Assembly (NCBI RefSeq): GCF_009914755.1
Contig: NC_060929.1
Reading direction: 5' to 3' (one strand)
DNA: 64,000 nucleotides
Origin: the human T2T-CHM13v2.0 reference genome, Homo sapiens
The notes beneath the pieces are model-generated. The model searched no databases, had not been told where the DNA came from, and saw only the letters and a program-made list of their open reading frames with translations. A program made the translations under genes and the position numbers. Below are positions 1 to 15,043 of this stretch, piece by piece. Position 1 is the stretch's first letter, and every line of letters starts with the position of its first letter.

Positions 1-1141
1 GCCTAGAGACAGAACATGAGCTTGCTGAGAACAAACTGGTCTTGCTTGGCACTGAACAAGAACCTGCCTGCCTTCTGTGAAGGGGGAAAACCTAACTGGA
101 CACGGCTCCCCGCTGCCTCCAACTCTAGGATAACAGGGCTGAAAGGACCTGTGTGTTCAGCCTAAGAGGATCCAGAGGCTCCAGGAGACCCTGCCACCAA
201 AGCACATGGATGTCCATTCAGGCCTATAAGCTGCTGCCACGGCACCCTAGGCAAGTATGGGGGGTACCCTACTCTCCTTAGCCTCAGTCATCACCCTGAT
301 CTGAGCCACCCCTAACTTCCCCTACAGGCATCCTGGCCCCCACTACACTGGCCTCTCCACATGTCATCTGGCCTTCCTCCCACCTCTGCTCTACAAAGTA
401 GCCAGCATGGTTTATCAAAGCCCTCCTTTGGCTCTCTACTGCCGTCAAGATAAAGTTCAAACTCTTTAGCCCAAAGGGTCCTTTTGAGTGTGTGACCAGG
501 CCCTACTGCCCTCTCTAGCCTCATCTCACCATGCCAGGTTTCGTATCTTCAACAACTACTTTATGTGAAAAAATATTCTCCTTCACGAAGAACCTAATAA
601 AGCCAAGATGTTTATCTGTATCTATCCACATACTTTCTCAGTCTGGTACATGAATAGTGGTTGACTTCCACTTCCCCACCTGGGTACCATCACCACCACA
701 AAGTCTTGCTTCAGTAACTAGACAATGAAGTAGCAGAGAAGGCTGTTAAAACTGACATGCAAAAGCCAAGTTGGGTTTTCAGTCATAGTCTTGGCAGAGA
801 CTTGGCAGTCTGGATGAGACTAACCCACAAAAGGGAACTACACTTGAGGATAAAATCCATATACCACTATATTGGATGCATCTTACGTCCCACCTTGCAA
901 CCTCTTGGTCTCACCCATCTCCCAGGTCCCAGGGTATTTACTTTGCCTCAGCCCAGTGGAGGAGACTATCCAGGCCCACGCCAGAATCTCTGGCTCCTCT
1001 CACTATCTCCAGACTCTGTTGAAGTACCAGACTGGCCTCCCCAGTGGCTACCAAAGGGCCCTCATAGGGTAACCAAGTACATCTCTGTGCAGAGTAGCCA
1101 GCTTGCTAAAACACCACCTCCCATCCTCCTTTATACCTCAC

Positions 1142-1438
<297 letters not shown>

Positions 1439-2094
1439 TGCACCTCACTTTTGTTTTCCCTCACCCTGGCTGCCCTGCAATTACACCTTCCAATAAAGCA
1501 TTAAGTACTTAAGCTCTGTCTCAGGCTGTTTCCTGGGAACATAGTCTGAGATAAGCACTATTTGTTTCCAAAAATCTTTCATTTCTACTATCTAATTCTC
1601 ACCCAAACCTTCTAAGCTAGATAACTACCTCCATTTCAGATATAAGATAGATACAAATGACAAACAGCTGAGGCTGAGAGAAGGTTTCCTACATATCTGA
1701 CATCTGACAGCAAATCAATGACAGAACCAAGAGTCAAACCCAAAACACACTCTGCTAGATATTGCAGCTATCCAGTCCTACTCAATAATCTGTTACCTTA
1801 AAGTGCAATGGACTCCCAAACAGGGAAGCCACACTTTGCCCAGGAAGAACATGCCTGCCCAGGTTAAGGACTTTATCATGGGTTACACCAAAGGTTCATA
1901 AAGCAGGTCCATGACACGCCTGGCTGGATCTCACCAGAGGGAGGAACGCAACATGGACCCAGAAAACAGCAACATGGTCCCTTAAGTTCAGATGGGCAGT
2001 CACTCCTACCTTAGACATGACAGCACTCACAAATAACCAGCCAGTCCAGCTCAGGGCAAGGCAGTACAGTCAAATGGACAGGCACACCTGCCCT

Positions 2095-2255
2095 AGGGTC
2101 AGACATACTAAGAGTTAAACCCCAATTCTATACCACTTCCCGGCTTTGTGACCTTGGACAAGTTATAGGATTCCTCAGTTTCCCCATGTATATAATAGAG
2201 ACAATACTAGGACCTATATCTCATAGGGCTGTTGGAGGACTGAATGTGATGACAG
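2095..2255 (+). mobile_element. MIR SINE fragment
   Basis: MIR core-like TGTGACCTTGGACAAGTTA ... CCTCAGTTTCCCCATGTATATAATAG ... TCTCATAGGGCTGTTGGAGGA. Confidence 0.7.
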
Positions 2256-4203
2256 ATGTTGGCAGGTAGCCCTGCACTAGGCATAATTTATGTCAATCAT
2301 TAGTACCAAGGGCACCAGAGAAACATCAGTGGACCTGAGGCAGCCAGCTGCCCAGCCCAAGTCAGCTGATTCCTGGGTGAGAAAGAAGGTCCAGACTAGG
2401 GAACAGTGAAGATGCAAACAAGGCAGAAATTGGGCGATCTCCATGTTCCAGGAGCACCACAAGAAATGAAACATTTAATTCAGGAGAGACTGGAATCAGG
2501 TATAATGTAGTACATTGATCATCAGGGGATAACCCTGGAACTGGTCAATCACTGGCTCTAAAGCTCATCAAGCAATGTTCTCTAGCAAAAGGCGGGGGAT
2601 TGGACCAATACTCTAGGAACTCATGTACTTATATGCCTCTGACCTGCTCATTCCAGGCTCCTACAAGTACCCAGGCCTGAGGATCTCCACTACACCCTGG
2701 CCCTCAGAGTGCCAGGTACAAAACAGGCCACACTCTAAGCAAGCACTTCCTGAAAGGTCCAGAGCAGATGCTGGCCTGTTACCAGGCTCAGATAGATTCC
2801 ATCTGAGCTGGAGAGCACTCTACCCAAACACTTAATCCTCTGCCCTGCAATGACACCAGCTGAACAAGAACTCTCTTCTAGGGCTCCAGTAAATCATCCA
2901 GACTTTTCATTCTCCTCTGCTCTGAGGAAAAAAAAAAAAAAAAAAAACTGTCTTTCTATCTCTCATTCCATGTCCGTAACACAAAGCCCACAGACCACAG
3001 GACCTTCCAGCCCTCTTTGCTCTAGGACAGGCTGATGTCTTACCCTAAGGAACTTCAAATGTCCAAATTGCTAGATGTGAGCAACTTTCCCGAAGTTTAA
3101 CTCTCACTCCAGCACTCTGCTGGGCTTGCATGTACTTGCATCACAGCTTTTCCTGCCAACTTCCATCTGCATAATAGTAAACTCTTGACAGACCCCAGGA
3201 GCCAGGGACACACCTCCTAGCCCTCTGCACACTATCAGCCAGCGTGGCCACACATCAGCCAAGGCCTTGCTTCCAGTCTCAGACCCTCCCAAGGATGTGG
3301 GAGGGCAGAGTGAAAAAGGGAGGCCTTCTTAGGAAATGAGGAGACCCTAGATTCCCTCAACCGACTCATTCCTCAGAGCTGCACCCACGTAGTCTCTTCC
3401 TTTGATGAGCACTCACAGCCGGGCTCCTCCCCTGGCACATGGCCAGCTGCCAATATGAAGCAGCAATCTCAGAGTACGAGCTACCCACAGGCAAGAATAG
3501 TGCCTCGGCCACCTCCTCTCTCTCGTCCCTCATTCTAGCCCCAGGCACGCTCCAGTCAGAAGCCAAACAGGCAGAAGGCACTCAAGGGATGAACTGAGAT
3601 CAGCTGGGGCCAGTCTAAACCGGTGACTAAGTAAGCACTGTCTAGAGTACCCCAATGCAGAGCTTTCGACAGGATACAAGGGCCTATCACATGCCACAGA
3701 CAATGCCTCAGCTAAGCTGTCACCAAGTCTGCCTGCTGAGCTCTCAGAGAACTAGGGTGATCCAGTATGACAGCATCTTTGGGATGAGGCCCCCAGCCAA
3801 CTCACTCCATCCTTGCTACGTGGCTTCATTGGCTGGGCCACACAGTGGACACTCGGCTGTGTAAGAACAAGGAGGCCCTAAAAGAAAAGAATTCAAAGAC
3901 CAAACATTCTGTGAGTGGGGAGAAGCAACCAGAGAGACTGGGCGCTGAGGCCCAGAACCACAGTGAGAGGCTGCACCTTGGACACCTCAGGGGCAGTTTA
4001 AGTACAAGCCAAAGGAAATCCTAGTTCATTTAACAGAGACTAAATTATGGAACCTAATGTCAGATGAGACACAGGCTGAGAACAAGCAGCAGACCCCAAA
4101 AACATCCTATAAATTCTTAGGTGGACAATGGATCTCCACAAAGTCTGGGACATTTAAGAATGCCCCAAGCTACAACGTAACGGACTCCAGCCCTTGCTCC
4201 TAG

Positions 4204-4549
<346 letters not shown>

Positions 4550-4963
4550 TAGAATACAAAGGCCAGGGACCCACCTGGGCTGTCCAGCAATACCTGAGGC
4601 AGGAAGTGCCCTGATCCAGGCTCCTGCTGCGAAGGTCAACTGGGCATCTTACACATGCAGGGCACAGTACCAGGCACGTTATCTCACTCCAGGGTCTTGT
4701 AGACAGCGTCCGTGGACAGCTATCCCCTACAGTGTTCCTTCCCCATCACCTTGCTTCCACTACAAGGCCATAAGGAATGGCATTGGCCAAGGTCTCTGCT
4801 CCCACTCACATAGGCTGTTCCTCTGTCCACGATGCCCTTTTGCCAGCCTTCCTCTGACCACTCCAGCTCATGGGTCACCTCCTCCGGGAAGTCCTCTGGC
4901 CGGAGGCAGTCAGTGCTCTACCAAGTACCCACTGCCCGCATTCCCTTCCAGCACAGCGCTCAC

Positions 4964-5099
4964 CACACTGCTCTGGGCCAGGACCTTCCCGCTCTTCCAA
5001 TCCGCCTGTCCCACTGGGTTAGCAACTGCTTGCGGTTTCTGGCACACAGAAGGGTCCCGTTTGTTGAATTAGTTAACGAATTATCACGGGTCTCCGCAG
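4964..5099 (-). other. P4HA2: P4HA2 alternative non-coding 5'UTR exon (136 nt)
   Basis: Minus-strand acceptor TTTTTCCTTGGCAG|CTG at 5099 and donor GTG|GTGAGC at 4964; sequence matches my recollection of P4HA2 5'UTR variants; contains no ATG. Confidence 0.7.
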
Positions 5100-5667
5100 C
5101 TGCCAAGGAAAAACAACGCTGGTTCCACAAGGATGTCTGGGGGAGAAAAGACTTTCTGATCCAATGGCCCATCTAATGGGCTCCAAGCTGGACCCTGCCC
5201 GGACAAGACCTAGGACTCCCAGCCCTTGGGAGGGTGCAGAACGGGCTTAGCCAATATGAAGAGGCCCCTCAGGGCCAGGCGGACGCCGCGCCCCCGCTCC
5301 CAACAGCCGGCAGCCCGGGGTCAGGCCGCCACTTCCCGGGAGCCTGACAGGGAAGAGCGGCCAAGTTCCCAGCCCCGCCCGACAGCCGAGGGAACTGCAC
5401 GAAGGGCGCCGCTGACCTCACCACCCTGAGCTCGGGAAGGCTTGCGGGCGGCGGCACAAGAACCCAGACGGGTGCAGAAACAGGGCGGAGGGTGCAGGGT
5501 GGCGGCCCGGACTGCGCTGCTGGCGGCTAGCGGCGCGACCCCCGGCCCCGGATCCGGCCCCGGCCCCTAACTCTCAGCCCCGCGCGGGCAGAACGCACCG
5601 CCTGGCGACCCCAGCCCGCGCCCCAGCGCTAAGGTTGATCTGGCGGCTGAGCGGGCGGGGCGCTCAC

Positions 5668-5735
5668 CTGGACACTCGCAGCTCCCGGCGTTTCCAGAAC
5701 CTCCCGCGGCGTCGCCCGGTCAGCTCGGCGCCTCC
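5668..5735 (-). other. P4HA2: P4HA2 first (non-coding) exon; TSS approximate; prolyl 4-hydroxylase alpha-2 CDS lies outside the window to the left
   Basis: Minus strand ...GGAGGTTCTGGAAACGCCGGGAGCTGCGAGTGTCCAG|GTGAGC with strong donor; matches recalled P4HA2 mRNA 5' end and the known divergent P4HA2/PDLIM4 gene order. Confidence 0.75.
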
Positions 5736-5792
5736 TCCCTTGGCGACTCCGCCTCGGGCCGCTGCCGGGGCTCCGCCCACTTGAGCCGCCGC

Positions 5793-5984
5793 CACGTCCC
5801 CACCTCACGCTCCACACGCCTGCCTGCGTCCTGGTCCCCAGCTCCGGTGGCTCCGCCGGGGTTCGCCGTCCTCTGCGACCCCTGGGAACGCCCAGGCTAC
5901 CCGGCCTCGCGGGAGCCGGAGCCGGAGCCGGAGCCGGAGCTGGCCGCCCGCGCCCTTCATGCCGCCCGCAGCCCACCGCACGTA
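5793..5984 (-). promoter_or_regulatory. Cluster of candidate hypoxia-response elements (RCGTG)
   Basis: ACGTG 5793-5797, GCGTG 5806-5810 and 5815-5819, TACGTG 5979-5984, all on the minus strand; P4HA2 is an established HIF-1 target. Confidence 0.55.
5912..5940. repeat. (GGAGCC)~5 hexamer repeat in P4HA2 promoter
   Basis: GGAGCCGGAGCCGGAGCCGGAGCCGGAGC read directly. Confidence 0.95.
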
Positions 5985-7279
5985 CTCCGCGCCCGCCTGG
6001 CTTTGGCGCCCCCACCTGCGGGCCTTGGCCCGCCCTCCTGCCCAGCCCCTGGGCGTCTGGAGAGGTCGCCACGACCCGATCCCCTCGCCGGGGCTGTAGG
6101 GAGAGCGTCCCTGGAGGCTGACGGATTTCCCTGCCTGCGCTCATGCCCATTGCCTGGGGGGCCCTGCCGGGTACACGGGCCCCTTCTTCCCAGCACCACC
6201 ACAAGGAGGCTGTTACGGGAGGCTGGGGTCACCCCGGCTAGGAACTGGGTATCAGGAGAGGAGGCAGAACAGTGGAGAAGACCCTGAGGAAGACTAGGGA
6301 CCTGGGGCCCACCCCCTGGAGACCGAGATTGGGAGGCCCATTCCCAGGGCCGAGCTCTCAGTGGGTTTCAGAGAGTCCCGGGCTCTGGTCCAGGCAGTCC
6401 TGGTGGCATGTGCAGGGGTGATGGATTGATGAGAAGGGGGCCCATCAAAGGCTGGGTGGGGGCGGAGGCGGGGGGGCGGTAACAACCTGGGGCACACTGG
6501 GTTGCCCAAACCCTTCTTTATGCCATGGGCCAAAAAGAGTGGACACCTGGTTCAGCCAATCCAGTCTGGAAGGGAATAAGGACAGAGATGCAGCAAACCT
6601 CAGCCTGAGCGGGAGGAGGCCCTGGCGGCCAGGCAGGTTCCCACGCCTGCTCTGTGAACCTTCCTCTCATGAATGAGGGGAAGCACGGTCTGAGAATCTC
6701 ATCAGGGAGCAAGCCCAGAGCGGGAGATGCCCAGCCTCCGCCCAGGCCCAGTGTGGATATTCCCTACGGCACACGGGCCAGGCAGGCGGCCCAGACCTGG
6801 GGAAAGCAGGAGCACGCACACGGAAATACACATAAAACATGGGTGAGCCATTGTTCCTGCCTGCGTCAGCCACCGGCTCGAGCCCGGCTAAAACTACACA
6901 AACCCTCCTGCATCTGCTACATCCACAGAAGCTTCCTTCCATCTCCTCCCCCTTCTCAGGAGTTTGCCCCATGGAACATCCCTTTTCTCTCCTGAAGGCT
7001 CAACTACCCGCTCTCAACTGGATCTTTCCCATTGGCCTGTAAATGTGTTCAAGCCTCTACTATGGGAACAAAACCCTCATTCGACCCCACTGAGTGTCTC
7101 TGTTCTCAACCGCAGCGGAATTTCTTGAAAGAGCTGTCTCCCCATCCTCACATCTCTCCCACTCTTCAGGCCCTAAAGGAGCTGTCTCTCCCACTCTTCA
7201 GGCCCTGCAGTCAGCCTTCTAGCTCCCTAACAGCACCAAACCAGGTCTCAATAAACTGTAGCCTCCAATCTCCAATTTC

Positions 7280-8993
<1,714 letters not shown>

Positions 8994-9321
8994 TCAATAC
9001 CTTGCTCCACACTGTAAGATTTAGTCTCCAAAGGCATGAGTAAGACCTCCGCAGGGTCTTGGAGTCCTGGCAGCTCAGGACCACAGCATTGGTCAGATAT
9101 CCTCCTAAAAAATCTGCAGCCTTGAGAAGGGGCAGGACTTCTGAGGATCATGTCTCCTTGGTCTTCCTGCCTTGCAGGAAGTGGCCATTCATTTGTTTTT
9201 ATATTCCTTTTCCTCTACCTGCCTCCACCCAGAAGATACCATTTCTGACCTCTGCCTTTGTAGCCTCACTTTCACCACTCAGCCCTTAACATAAGGCCCT
9301 CAGACTCCATCTGGGCTCCTG

Positions 9322-9880
9322 ATCTATTCATTTCCTGGGGTTGCCACAACAAATTACCACGAACTAGGTGCCTTAAGTCAACAGAATTTTATTCTCTCAC
9401 AGTTCTGGAGGCCAGAAGTCCAAAATCAAAATGTTACCGGGGTGTGCTCCCTCTGAAGGCTCTAGGGGCGAACCCCTCCTTGCCTCTTCCAGCTCCTGGT
9501 GGCTTAGGAGTTCCTTGGCTTGTGGCTGTATCACACGAATCTCTGCCCCATCTTCACCTGCACTTCTCCTCGGTGTCTGCATCTTCTGCCCTTCTGTTTC
9601 TTATAAAAATAACTGTCATTGGCTGTAGCGTCTACCCAGGTAATCCAGGGCAGATTGGGAGGTCTACCCAGGTAATCCAGGGAGGTTTGGCACTGAAGCC
9701 TCCCTGAATGCTGATGACTCTTGCAGGCCCTGGAACCACTGCAACAGCTCCCTTAATAACCTGTAACTTAATAATATCTGTAAGGTCCATTTTTCCAAAT
9801 AAGGTCACATTCACAGGATCCAGGTAGTAGGACATGAATGCAATTTGGTGGGGTTGGGGGGCACCATTTAATCCACTACA
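9322..9880 (-). mobile_element. MaLR (MLT1-type) solo LTR, interrupted at ~9651-9749
   Basis: TTTATTCTCTCACAGTTCTGGAGGCCAGAAGTCCAAAATCAA and TTTCCAAATAAGGTCACATTCACAGG are MLT1 hallmarks; ends ...AATCCACTACA. Confidence 0.85.
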
Positions 9881-10025
9881 TTTGACATTCCTCCATGCCC
9901 TCAAAGGCTTCTGGACCCATGTAAATCTATCACTCAGTTTTGAATCTCCAGCCTGGGTCCACTCCAGACCCACATCGTCACAGCCTTTTCTTTATGACCA
10001 CTTGATAAGTGAACTCATTGTCTCA

Positions 10026-10512
10026 TGTAGGGTCCCCCAGGTTCCCTCACTTTTTTCTCTCTCCTGACAAATACCAAATGCCTTGACCACTCTATGACCC
10101 AGACAGCCGAAGGTTTTTTCCTGTAGGCTTGAGCCCAAGCTGGGGCCTTAAACATTCCCAGGCACTGATAAAGGTGTTTAGATGGTCGCCCGAAACACTG
10201 AAAGAAACTAGCCCCGACCCTGAGCCAAATTCCTTAAAATCTCATATAAATTCCATACCCAGACCCCCCTTGCAGCAGGCATACCTAGATAGAACATCCC
10301 TGTCTCGCTGTCTGCCTACAGGATGTACTGCAGCCCCCTCAGAGACCGAGAAATTTCCCTAATAAATGCTTTGGACTGATCACCCTGGCATTTAGTGCTA
10401 CTTTCTTTGGAATCCCAACCATTTCAGGATGGTTTGGGGTAGTCCCGTATGGGGACCCCCCTGCCACTGCTTTTGGGGCATCTCCAGCTGCAGGTTCAGC
10501 CAGGATGAAACA
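10026..10512 (+). mobile_element. ERV-L-class solo LTR (subfamily not assigned)
   Basis: TG...CA termini, TATAAA near 10245, AATAAA at 10361, 5-bp near-TSD TCTCA/TCTCC. Confidence 0.75.
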
Positions 10513-13110
10513 TCTCCCCCATACCACAGCCCACACCACCCAAACTGCTTCTGCCCCAGCATTTCCTACATCTCAGCAAATATCACCATCTCCCAGTCAC
10601 TTCCCTTTTCTTTCCCACTGCATGCCCACCCTGGAGATCTTACCTGGTGGATCTCTCTCAGTTCACTTACTTCTTCCCAACCCTGCTGTCGCAGACCAAA
10701 TTCAGGACACCACCATCTCTCACTTGGACAATCCATCTTAGCCCACTTTTCTACTCCGCTCCCTCTATCCTTACTCCATTACACAGGGCAGAGTGACATT
10801 GTAACCATGTGATTCCCATCATGTTATTTCCGTATAGAACCTCTCAAAGGTATTCCATGGACCCAAGGGTAGACACAAATCTTGCCAATGCTGCCAATCC
10901 CTTTTATCCAGCCCTGATGGTCTCTCTTCTTATGCACAGCCTCAAACTTGATGCTGCAGCCACTCCAGGCACTTTTCAGTTCCCTGGCCTTTGAATGTGT
11001 TATTCCTCCTGCCTAGAACATTCTCTTCCCAAAAGGTGGTTTCTTTCAAAAGGCTTTCTGGGTCTAGCCTGAGCCAGATCCTGCCATAGGCCCCAAAGCT
11101 CCTCATGGATGAGTTTCACACATGCTACCTGACCTCATTCAATGTCTACTTCATTTACCATTTGGCCCTCCTGGGGACTGCCTCTAACCTGTTCATCACT
11201 GTGTCTCCAGCTCTAGCATAGGGTCTGGCGCCCAGAGCCTAGAGAGGAATTGGTGAACAAAAATACATGAATGAATGAGTGGACATTCCCACTATTGTGG
11301 CCTCTAGCAGACCTCATTGAGTACACCCAGTGTGTGTCACTTAATGAATCCACAACCATCTTTAACAGCCACACATCACAGCATGTTATAGAGATTCACA
11401 TCCCTTCTCCCCAAATCCATTGTATGAACAAGGCCATACCTCCCTTCTGGAACAGCTCTATGGTGTTCATTTATGTGTTCACTCAACAAACATTTGCTGA
11501 TCACCAGTTGAGGTCAAGGCGGGGGATTCAGGGACCACACATATCAAAGGGGCTCTGTCTAGTATAAAAACTAGTAGATAAGCAGAGGCCCGCCCAGCAA
11601 CTTTGTCTAGGGAGGGAAAAGCCCAAGCCTTTCCAGCTGGGAAAGGCTACTAGTAGGAGGTACTGCCTACCTAGACCCAGTCTTAGAGACCCTTCCTAGG
11701 CTCAAGATCAGGCATGGCCTATGACCTTTCACCCCAGCATGGCCAGGGCATTGCCAAATGAGGCTCTACCTCCATGCTGTCCCTAGGCAATATCCCTGGC
11801 CAATGGCTCCTTGAAGCAGTCTGGACTTGTCTGCCTGCCATCCCCACCCCGAAGGAAGAACCTGGTGTTTCCCCAGAAGGGATAGTAAAAACATCTGTGC
11901 TGGGCGGACAGGAAATTGGATGAATAGGAGGGTGGATGTGGCATAGCCCTTAACTCTAAACAGGGGCCTACTCAGCCTGCCCTGCCCCAGCCTCCTCCAC
12001 TCCTACTCACCTGTGATCCCTGTTTTGGGGAAGGGGAGTGGGGCAAGCTCCACTGCTTGGCACTGAAGTCTCCCTGAATGCTGATGACTCTTGCAGGCCC
12101 TGGAACCACTGCAGCAGCTGGAGGTGTGGTCAGGGTTTACGACTATCTGGCCTTCCATGGAATTTCCCAGAGCAAGGCCCTCAGGTTCAACCAATGCCAC
12201 ACAGAGGGCATTGTATATGTGGATACACATCTGTATTCTTCGGTACATTCCGCATGCAGCTGTCCACTGGAGCTCAACCCACCCTAGGTTTCTCCCCTTA
12301 GAGACTGAGGAAAGACCGAGTGTGTCTCAGTTGGCTGGCGCTTTGACTCAAGGCCAAACACAGACAGCAAGACTTGTGGCTTGAGTGGGGCTACCTAGTA
12401 GTAGCCCTACTGCTTCTGAAATAGGGCCTATCCAGTAGTCTGGTCTTATAGCCTGGTGGTTGACCCTGGAAAAGGGAAAGATAATCTGGCAGAATCCCCA
12501 GAAGCCTGTGGGGACAGGCTGGGCAGGACCAAGTGTGTCCCTAGAGAGTGCCCCCCTAATCCCTGAACCCATCTGGTGGGTGCAAAAACCAAAGCAGGCT
12601 ACAACTCTCCTACCATTTGCCTCCCCCATGGACCCCTGCAACCCAAGACAAGCAGAGTCAGCAATCAGGCTGAGTTGTCATTACAGGCATGCCAAGACCT
12701 TCAGGAACTGCAATTACACAGCAAGTCCAGGGCAGGCCCCCCATGGTGTAAAGAGTGAGTTTACACTACAACTTTCCTCCTCACTTCACCTCCATCCTGG
12801 GCGAGAGGCTCTGGACTAGTGCAAATGTCCAGAGGGCAGGAGTTAGCTAGGCATGGTGCTTGAAATCTGATATTTTGATGTATATACTGTAAAGCACACT
12901 TTTAGAATTATTATTACAGTCCAGCAGCCACTCGTCCTTCCTTCCCCAGTCCTGACCCTATATTGGGGCTGGGTGGGGATTAGGGATAGGTGATAAGGTG
13001 AGGGTTAAGGATAGCTATTGGGCATCTGATGTAGCTACTATCTAAAAGGCTGAAAGTTGAGTGTTTTTAATGTTTTTTTCAGGCCTTGTTAAAATGTCAG
13101 GAAGCCAGTA

Positions 13111-13443
13111 GAGATTAGTCCTATAAAAAGTTTAATAAAGCTAATAAATGTTAAGTGAGATCATAGAGGTGAAGCCTTACTTGAATACGACTGGTGTCCT
13201 TATAAGAAGAGGAGAGACAAGAGAGTTGTATCTCTCCACATTTGCACAAAGATGAGGCCATGTGAGGACATAGCAAGAAGGTGACCATCTACAAGCCAGG
13301 AAGACAGGCCTCATCAGGTACCCGCCCTGATGACACCTCAATCTTGGACTTCTGGCCTCCAGAACTACGAGAAAATGAATTTCTATCGTTTAAGCCACTC
13401 AGGCTGTGATATTTTGTTATGGCAGCCTTAGCACACTAATACA
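13111..13443 (+). mobile_element. 5'-truncated MLT1A-type LTR (duplicate of the copy at ~18 kb)
   Basis: GACTGGTGTCCTTATAAGAAGAGG ... CTCCAGAACT..GAGAAAATGAATTTCT ... GTTATGGCAGCC. Confidence 0.85.
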
Positions 13444-14189
13444 TCTCCCCAGTTTATTGTCACAAGCCTCCAAGGCCAAACCCTGGAAGCTCTTGATTGG
13501 GGAACAATGGTGGAGCAGACAGTAGGGGAGTAATAAGAGGTAAAGCTGCAGAGATCCCAGGGACAGATCACCTGAGGCCTCATGGACCACAAAAAAGGAT
13601 TTGGATGTGAGGCTGAAGACAAGGAGCAGACACCCCAGAGCAAAGGCAGGGGAGAAGCAGGATAAGATTTGGGATTTGGGAAAAACACCCTTTCTACTGT
13701 GGGTGAGTGGGGGAGAAGGAGGAGCAGAGCTTGGCTGAGGCGGGGTGACAGCTGATGGTGACCTGAACTGGGAACTGCCAATGAATAGAGAGAGAAGTGG
13801 ATAGTTAAGAATTGGTGACGTAAAGTAGGAAGGGCTATGTTCCTTTGCTCATTCATTTATTCTGTAAATATTTGTTGAATGCTCTGCCCCCCATTCTGAG
13901 CTCCCTTTTAGGGATGAGGTCCTACTTGTCATCCAAGCCCCCTCAGCCCTGTTACCCTAGAGCAGCCCTTGCTAAAGGAAATTAGTGGCAGCCCCCAGAA
14001 AGTACAAGAACAGAGAGTGAAAATTGGCTGCCTCCAGAGAACACGCCAGCACTCTTCTGGGTTTCAGGCTGACATGGAATCCTAATCACAGTGTCTGGCT
14101 TCCTCAAATACGAGACTCCTTTCATTGCGAGGTAACCACACATTTAATGACAGTTTCAGCACAAACTCTCCTGGTGCCACCCTTCCTCT

Positions 14190-14462
14190 CCTTTTTTCTT
14201 TCTTTCTTTTTTTTTTTTTTGAGACTCACTCACTTTTTTTTTGAGACTCACTTTTTTTTTTGGGTCTCACTCTCTCCAGGCTGAAGTGCAGTGTACGAAC
14301 ACAGGCTGGAGTTCAGAGGCTCACTGCAGCCTCAGCCTCCCAGGCTCAAGCAATCTTCCTACCTCAGCCTCTCTGGTGGGACCACAGGTACACGCTACCA
14401 CACGTGGCCAATTTTTTATTTATTTTTATAGAGACGAGGTCTCGCCATGTTGCCCAGGCTGC
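14190..14462 (-). mobile_element. Old Alu (AluJ-like), degenerate, with stuttered T(n)GAGACTCAC tail
   Basis: GGCTCACTGCAGCCTCAGCCTCCCAGGCTCAAGCAATCTTCCTACCTCAGCC. Confidence 0.85.
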
Positions 14463-14739
14463 CTCTCTCTATTTTTAAATGAATGTACTTCACTTTGCTA
14501 TAATGAAACTTGTTTGTAAGGCACCTTATATCCTTTCAGGAGCAAGACTGGTGTCCATGAATCTATCCATGAGTGATCCTAGCCCAATCAAACATTGCTC
14601 AATTGGTGCACTGCACAATGATGTCTCCATTTACATGGCAGCCATCATAGATGTGCATAGTCATTACAATAAGTTTTCAGTAGATGGAAATAAAGTGAAT
14701 TGAAAAGGGAGTATCTTTTGCTAATTAAAAAAAAAAATT

Positions 14740-15043
<304 letters not shown>

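Larger units (their letters stand above)
5230..6200. promoter_or_regulatory. P4HA2: CpG-island promoter of P4HA2
   Basis: Very high GC and CpG density, GC boxes (e.g. CTCCGCCC near 5771), contains the first exon. Confidence 0.88.

Noticed and set aside
5629-6287. Overlapping 191-aa and 168-aa ORFs with PAPAPA/EPEPEP
   Set aside because: Stop-poor CpG island; the repeats are just translations of (GGAGCC)n
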